NCBI RefSeq assembly: GCF_945906775.1 | Contig: NZ_CAMDRE010000002.1 | Coordinates: forward strand, 741,513-773,512 | DNA: 32,000 nt | Source of the DNA: Citrobacter sp. Marseille-Q6884 | Lineage (GTDB): Bacteria > Pseudomonadota > Gammaproteobacteria > Enterobacterales > Enterobacteriaceae | Direction of reading: 5' to 3' | In this document: piece by piece, positions 29,007 through 32,000 of the stretch | How the letters are laid out: every line of letters starts with the position of its first letter | Numbering within the stretch: position 1 is the first letter of the stretch | Notes under the pieces: model-generated | The model's database searches: none | Seen by the model: the letters and a program-made list of their open reading frames with translations, nothing else | Told to the model about the DNA's origin: nothing | Position numbers and translations under genes: made by a program

Positions 29007-29596
29007 GTGGGCTTGGTGGTGGAGTTTGGTGCGTGCGGAGTGTGCTTCATATGCCTCAATGAATGGCAATTTGGGCATAACGGAATCAGATTACTAGGGT
29101 GATTGTTAAGTCTGTTTTCGTCATCATGATGAACTCCAATTATTCTTGGCTCTTCATCATATCCGCAATCGTGACACTTATTTAACATGCCCCTAACAAG
29201 CATCCATTTTCTTGCTGTTGTAAATGATGCTGGTGATTCACTCCCCATTACCCGGTAATCAAAAGAGCATTGCTTACTGCAGCAATCTTTATCGGCGCTG
29301 GGTGATGTGAAAAAAGTCTCATTGCAAAAAAGACATTTTTTCTCAACCGTCCCTTTCTTGTTCATCGCTTTGTAGTAACAAGATCTTGAGCAATATTTTG
29401 CTTTGTTTGAGCGGGATGATATGTGACTAAACTCATTTCCGCACGTCACGCAGTTCGCTATTACCTGCACCTTAGCTGCATGCGCCAGACATGAGCGAGA
29501 GCAGTATTTAAAAGACTCAAGTCTATTTTTAGGTACGTAAACAATCTTTCCGCAATGTTGACACGGCAATTCAGATCCAGTTTTTAAATAACCCAT
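29003..29596 (-). CDS. HNH-family (homing-type) endonuclease
   Basis: 197 aa; several CxxC...CSRxC zinc knuckles, then CHDCGYDEEPRIIGVHHDDENRLNNHPSNLIPLCPNCHSLRH. Confidence 0.85.
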   Translation of the reverse strand: MGYLKTGSELPCQHCGKIVYVPKNRLESFKYCSRSCLAHAAKVQVIANCVTCGNEFSHISSRSNKAKYCSRSCYYKAMNKKGTVEKKCLFCNETFFTSPSADKDCCSKQCSFDYRVMGSESPASFTTARKWMLVRGMLNKCHDCGYDEEPRIIGVHHDDENRLNNHPSNLIPLCPNCHSLRHMKHTPHAPNSTTKPT

Positions 29597-29605
29597 AGGT
29601 GATTT

Positions 29606-29743
29606 ATGCCCTTATCGAAAGGTAGTGATAAAAAGACGATTAGCTGAAATATCAAGAAGCTAATTGTACAAGAAAATAAGCCAAAAGACCAGGCGGTCGC
29701 AATTGCTATGAGCAAGGCCGGTAAGAAAAAGAAAGGAAAATAA
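29606..29743 (+). pseudogene. Second copy of the small basic phage protein gene, interrupted by in-frame TGA at codon 14
   Basis: AGGTGATTTATG start; reads [44 protein letters not shown] in one frame, TGA at 29645-29647. Confidence 0.65.
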
Positions 29744-29745
29744 TT

Positions 29746-30390
29746 ATGCAGAAACCGGACTGGGAAAGGATTGAGGTTGATTACCGGGCCGGTGTTCTTT
29801 CTGTAAGAGAAATTGCATCAAGCCAGGGAATATCTCATACCGCCATAAACAAGCGGGCAAAAGGTGAAGGGTGGGAGCGAGATCTAAACGCAAAGATTAA
29901 TGCCAAAGCTGATGCCTTGGTTTCCAAGCGCGAGGTTTCCACTAAGGTTTCCACCGGAAACTCAATTTCAGAAAAGCAGATTGTCGAAGCCAATGCGGAG
30001 GTTATCGCTAATGTTCGCATGGAGCATCGAGGCGATATACGAAAGGCTCGGGCGCTAACTAATGCGTTGCTGAATGAGCTTGATGCTGAATGCTCTGACG
30101 TTCCGGCTCTTGAGCAGCTTGGTGAGTTGCTAAGGCGAGAAGATGATAAGGGAATGGATAAGCTAAATGACCTTTACCACAAGATCATTAGTTTACCTGG
30201 CAGGGTGAAAGCCATGAAGGATTTAGCTGATAGCCTGAAAAACCTTATCGCACTTGAGCGACAGGCCTATGGGCTAGATAACCCTGATGCAGGTAAAAAT
30301 ATCCCCCTCAAAGATAAAACTGACGACGAGCTAACGCGGCGCATTCAGGAGCTAATGAATGGAAAATCTGACGCGGGAGCAAAAGCTTGA
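29746..30390 (+). CDS. Terminase small subunit
   Basis: 214 aa; N-terminal HTH YRAGVLSVREIASSQGISHTAINKRAKGEGWERDL; directly upstream of large subunit. Confidence 0.88.
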   Translation: MQKPDWERIEVDYRAGVLSVREIASSQGISHTAINKRAKGEGWERDLNAKINAKADALVSKREVSTKVSTGNSISEKQIVEANAEVIANVRMEHRGDIRKARALTNALLNELDAECSDVPALEQLGELLRREDDKGMDKLNDLYHKIISLPGRVKAMKDLADSLKNLIALERQAYGLDNPDAGKNIPLKDKTDDELTRRIQELMNGKSDAGAKA

Positions 30391-31804
30391 GTTGGTTCAG
30401 CTTTTAGAAGAACAAAAGCGACGCCAGCACGTCTATAGGTATCGCGATTACTATGCGACGCGCTATGACTGGCAAAAGAAATTTATTTCCCACACCGCAA
30501 ACTTTTCACAGGTTGCGCTGATCGCCGCTAACCGAGTTGGTAAAACTGACACTGCAACATTCATTGATGCCATTCATGCTATTGGAGATTATCCAGATGA
30601 CTGGGCAGGTCATAGGTTTACGCATGCTCCCCTGATCTGGTGCCTTGGGTATTCAGGTGAAAAATGCCGTGACTTACTTCAAACCCCTCTAATTGGCCGT
30701 AAGACGGATAAGGGATGGGAAGGTGGGCTAATACCAGGTGAACTGATCACCGGCACTGAAATCATGCAGGGAACTGCCAATGCCATGCGTTCGGTGTATG
30801 TGAAACATAAATCAGGTGGCGTCTCCAAGATTCAGTTCTGGTCGTATTCACAAGGACAGCATGCATTGATGGGTGACGCCGTCGACTGGTTCCACATTGA
30901 CGAAGAGCCAAAGGATCCGACCATTTACCCCCAGGTGCTGACGCGAACCGCAACTGGCGACTCAGGCAATGGCGGGCGTGGCATTCTGACTTTTACGCCA
31001 GAGAACGGGCGCACAGAGTTGGTTATCCAGTTTATGGATTCTCCTTCATCTGCACAGCATTGCATGAATGTAGGCTGGGACGACGCACCTCACCTTAGCG
31101 ACCGGGTCAAAGAAGAATTGCTAGCATCATTCCCTCCGCACCAGAGAGATATGCGAACCAAGGGTATACCAATGCTTGGGCATGGCCGGATTTATGATGC
31201 CAGCGAAGAACTTATCACCTGCGACCCGTTCCCAATCCCCGATCACTGGTTTGTTATCGACGGCATGGACTTCGGTTGGGATCACCCACAGGCGCACGTC
31301 CAGTTAGCCTGGGACAGGGATGAAGATAAGTTCTACCTGACCCGCGCATACAAGGCCAAGCAGACATCACCAGCTGAGGCGTGGTTCGCCACCAAGATGT
31401 GGGCGAATGGCATACCGACAGCGTGGCCGCACGACGGCCTGCAAACGGAGAAAGGATCAGGGCTCCAGCAGAAGACGTATTACGAGGAGGCCGGCTTCGA
31501 CATGTTGCCTGACCGCGCTACCTGGGAAGACGGCAGCAACTCAGTTGAGGCTGGCCTGTTCGAGTTGTACGACCTAATGCGCTCTGGGCGACTGAAAGTA
31601 TTCCGCGGTCTGCGTGACTGGTTCGAGGAATACAACTTCTACCACCGTGACGAAAAAGGCCGCATCGTGAAGATCCGCGACGACCTGATGGACGCCACCC
31701 GCTACGCATACATGATGCGCCGGTTCTCCATCCGTTACGGTGATATTGGCAGGCCGAAATTCAATGACTACTCAAACTACAACATACCCTGCGGAGTTGG
31801 ATGA
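30359..31804 (+). CDS. Terminase large subunit
   Basis: 481 aa; VALIAANRVGKTDTATF ATPase motif, DWFHIDEEPKDPTIYPQVLTR Walker B region, DGMDFGWDHPQAHV nuclease domain. Confidence 0.93.
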   Translation: MENLTREQKLELVQLLEEQKRRQHVYRYRDYYATRYDWQKKFISHTANFSQVALIAANRVGKTDTATFIDAIHAIGDYPDDWAGHRFTHAPLIWCLGYSGEKCRDLLQTPLIGRKTDKGWEGGLIPGELITGTEIMQGTANAMRSVYVKHKSGGVSKIQFWSYSQGQHALMGDAVDWFHIDEEPKDPTIYPQVLTRTATGDSGNGGRGILTFTPENGRTELVIQFMDSPSSAQHCMNVGWDDAPHLSDRVKEELLASFPPHQRDMRTKGIPMLGHGRIYDASEELITCDPFPIPDHWFVIDGMDFGWDHPQAHVQLAWDRDEDKFYLTRAYKAKQTSPAEAWFATKMWANGIPTAWPHDGLQTEKGSGLQQKTYYEEAGFDMLPDRATWEDGSNSVEAGLFELYDLMRSGRLKVFRGLRDWFEEYNFYHRDEKGRIVKIRDDLMDATRYAYMMRRFSIRYGDIGRPKFNDYSNYNIPCGVG

Positions 31805-32000
31805 TGGCAGACGATAAAAAGATGGATGACTGGCATCGTAAGGCACTATGCAACTTCGATAACGCCTGGTCAGCGACGCAGGATATGCGTGAGCAGATCA
31901 TCGAGGCTCAACGATTTGTCAGGGTATCCGGTGCGCAGTGGGAAGGGAGCACCAACGCAGGCTACTCATTCGATGAGGGGCGCTTTGAGCATTACCCGCG
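31801..32000 (+). CDS. Portal protein, N-terminal part (runs off window)
   Basis: MMADDKKMDDWHRKALCNFDNAWSATQDMREQIIEAQRFVRVSGAQWEG, P22-type portal N-terminus; follows terminase; partial. Confidence 0.7.
   Translation, partial: MMADDKKMDDWHRKALCNFDNAWSATQDMREQIIEAQRFVRVSGAQWEGSTNAGYSFDEGRFEHYP

Noticed and set aside
7062-32000. Complete anti-phage defence island or CRISPR array
   Set aside because: Gene order is a coherent lambdoid early/lysis/packaging map; no regularly spaced repeats and no recognisable complete defence operon, though small cargo genes remain of unknown function

Overview
The window has two parts. Positions 1-7061 are chromosomal flagellar genes: fliK, fliJ, fliI, fliH, fliG and fliF on the minus strand, and fliE on the plus strand. 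The FliK sequence looks like Salmonella/Citrobacter-type Enterobacteriaceae. From about 7062 to the end of the window is the left and central part of a lambdoid (lambda/P22-type) prophage inserted directly behind the intact 3' end of fliE. Its order is int-xis, accessory and DNA-modification genes (NinX-like, DksA-like zinc finger, SAM methyltransferase, C5 cytosine methyltransferase), a Rad52-like annealing protein, N, cI, cro, cII, O-like and DnaC-like replication genes, Ea22-like cargo, an ASCH protein, ninB, ninG, a DUF1133/Q-like antiterminator, pinholin, SAR endolysin, Rz/Rz1, an Ntn-hydrolase-like gene, terminase small and large subunits, and the start of a portal gene. The right end and attR are outside the window. 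The strongest unusual signals are: (1) a full-length second reading frame (251 codons) overprinted on the C5 cytosine methyltransferase gene, with interlocked start signals at one end and an ATGA junction to a further small ORF at the other; (2) a small basic-protein gene present as two damaged copies flanking an antisense HNH endonuclease ORF, the second copy carrying an in-frame TGA; (3) a sense/antisense pair of small genes in the left operon; (4) a readable immunity region with lambda-like nut sites and a family of 15-bp operator-like palindromes at PL and PR. No tRNA, rRNA or CRISPR array was recognised. All family assignments come from reading the translations; no database search was run.
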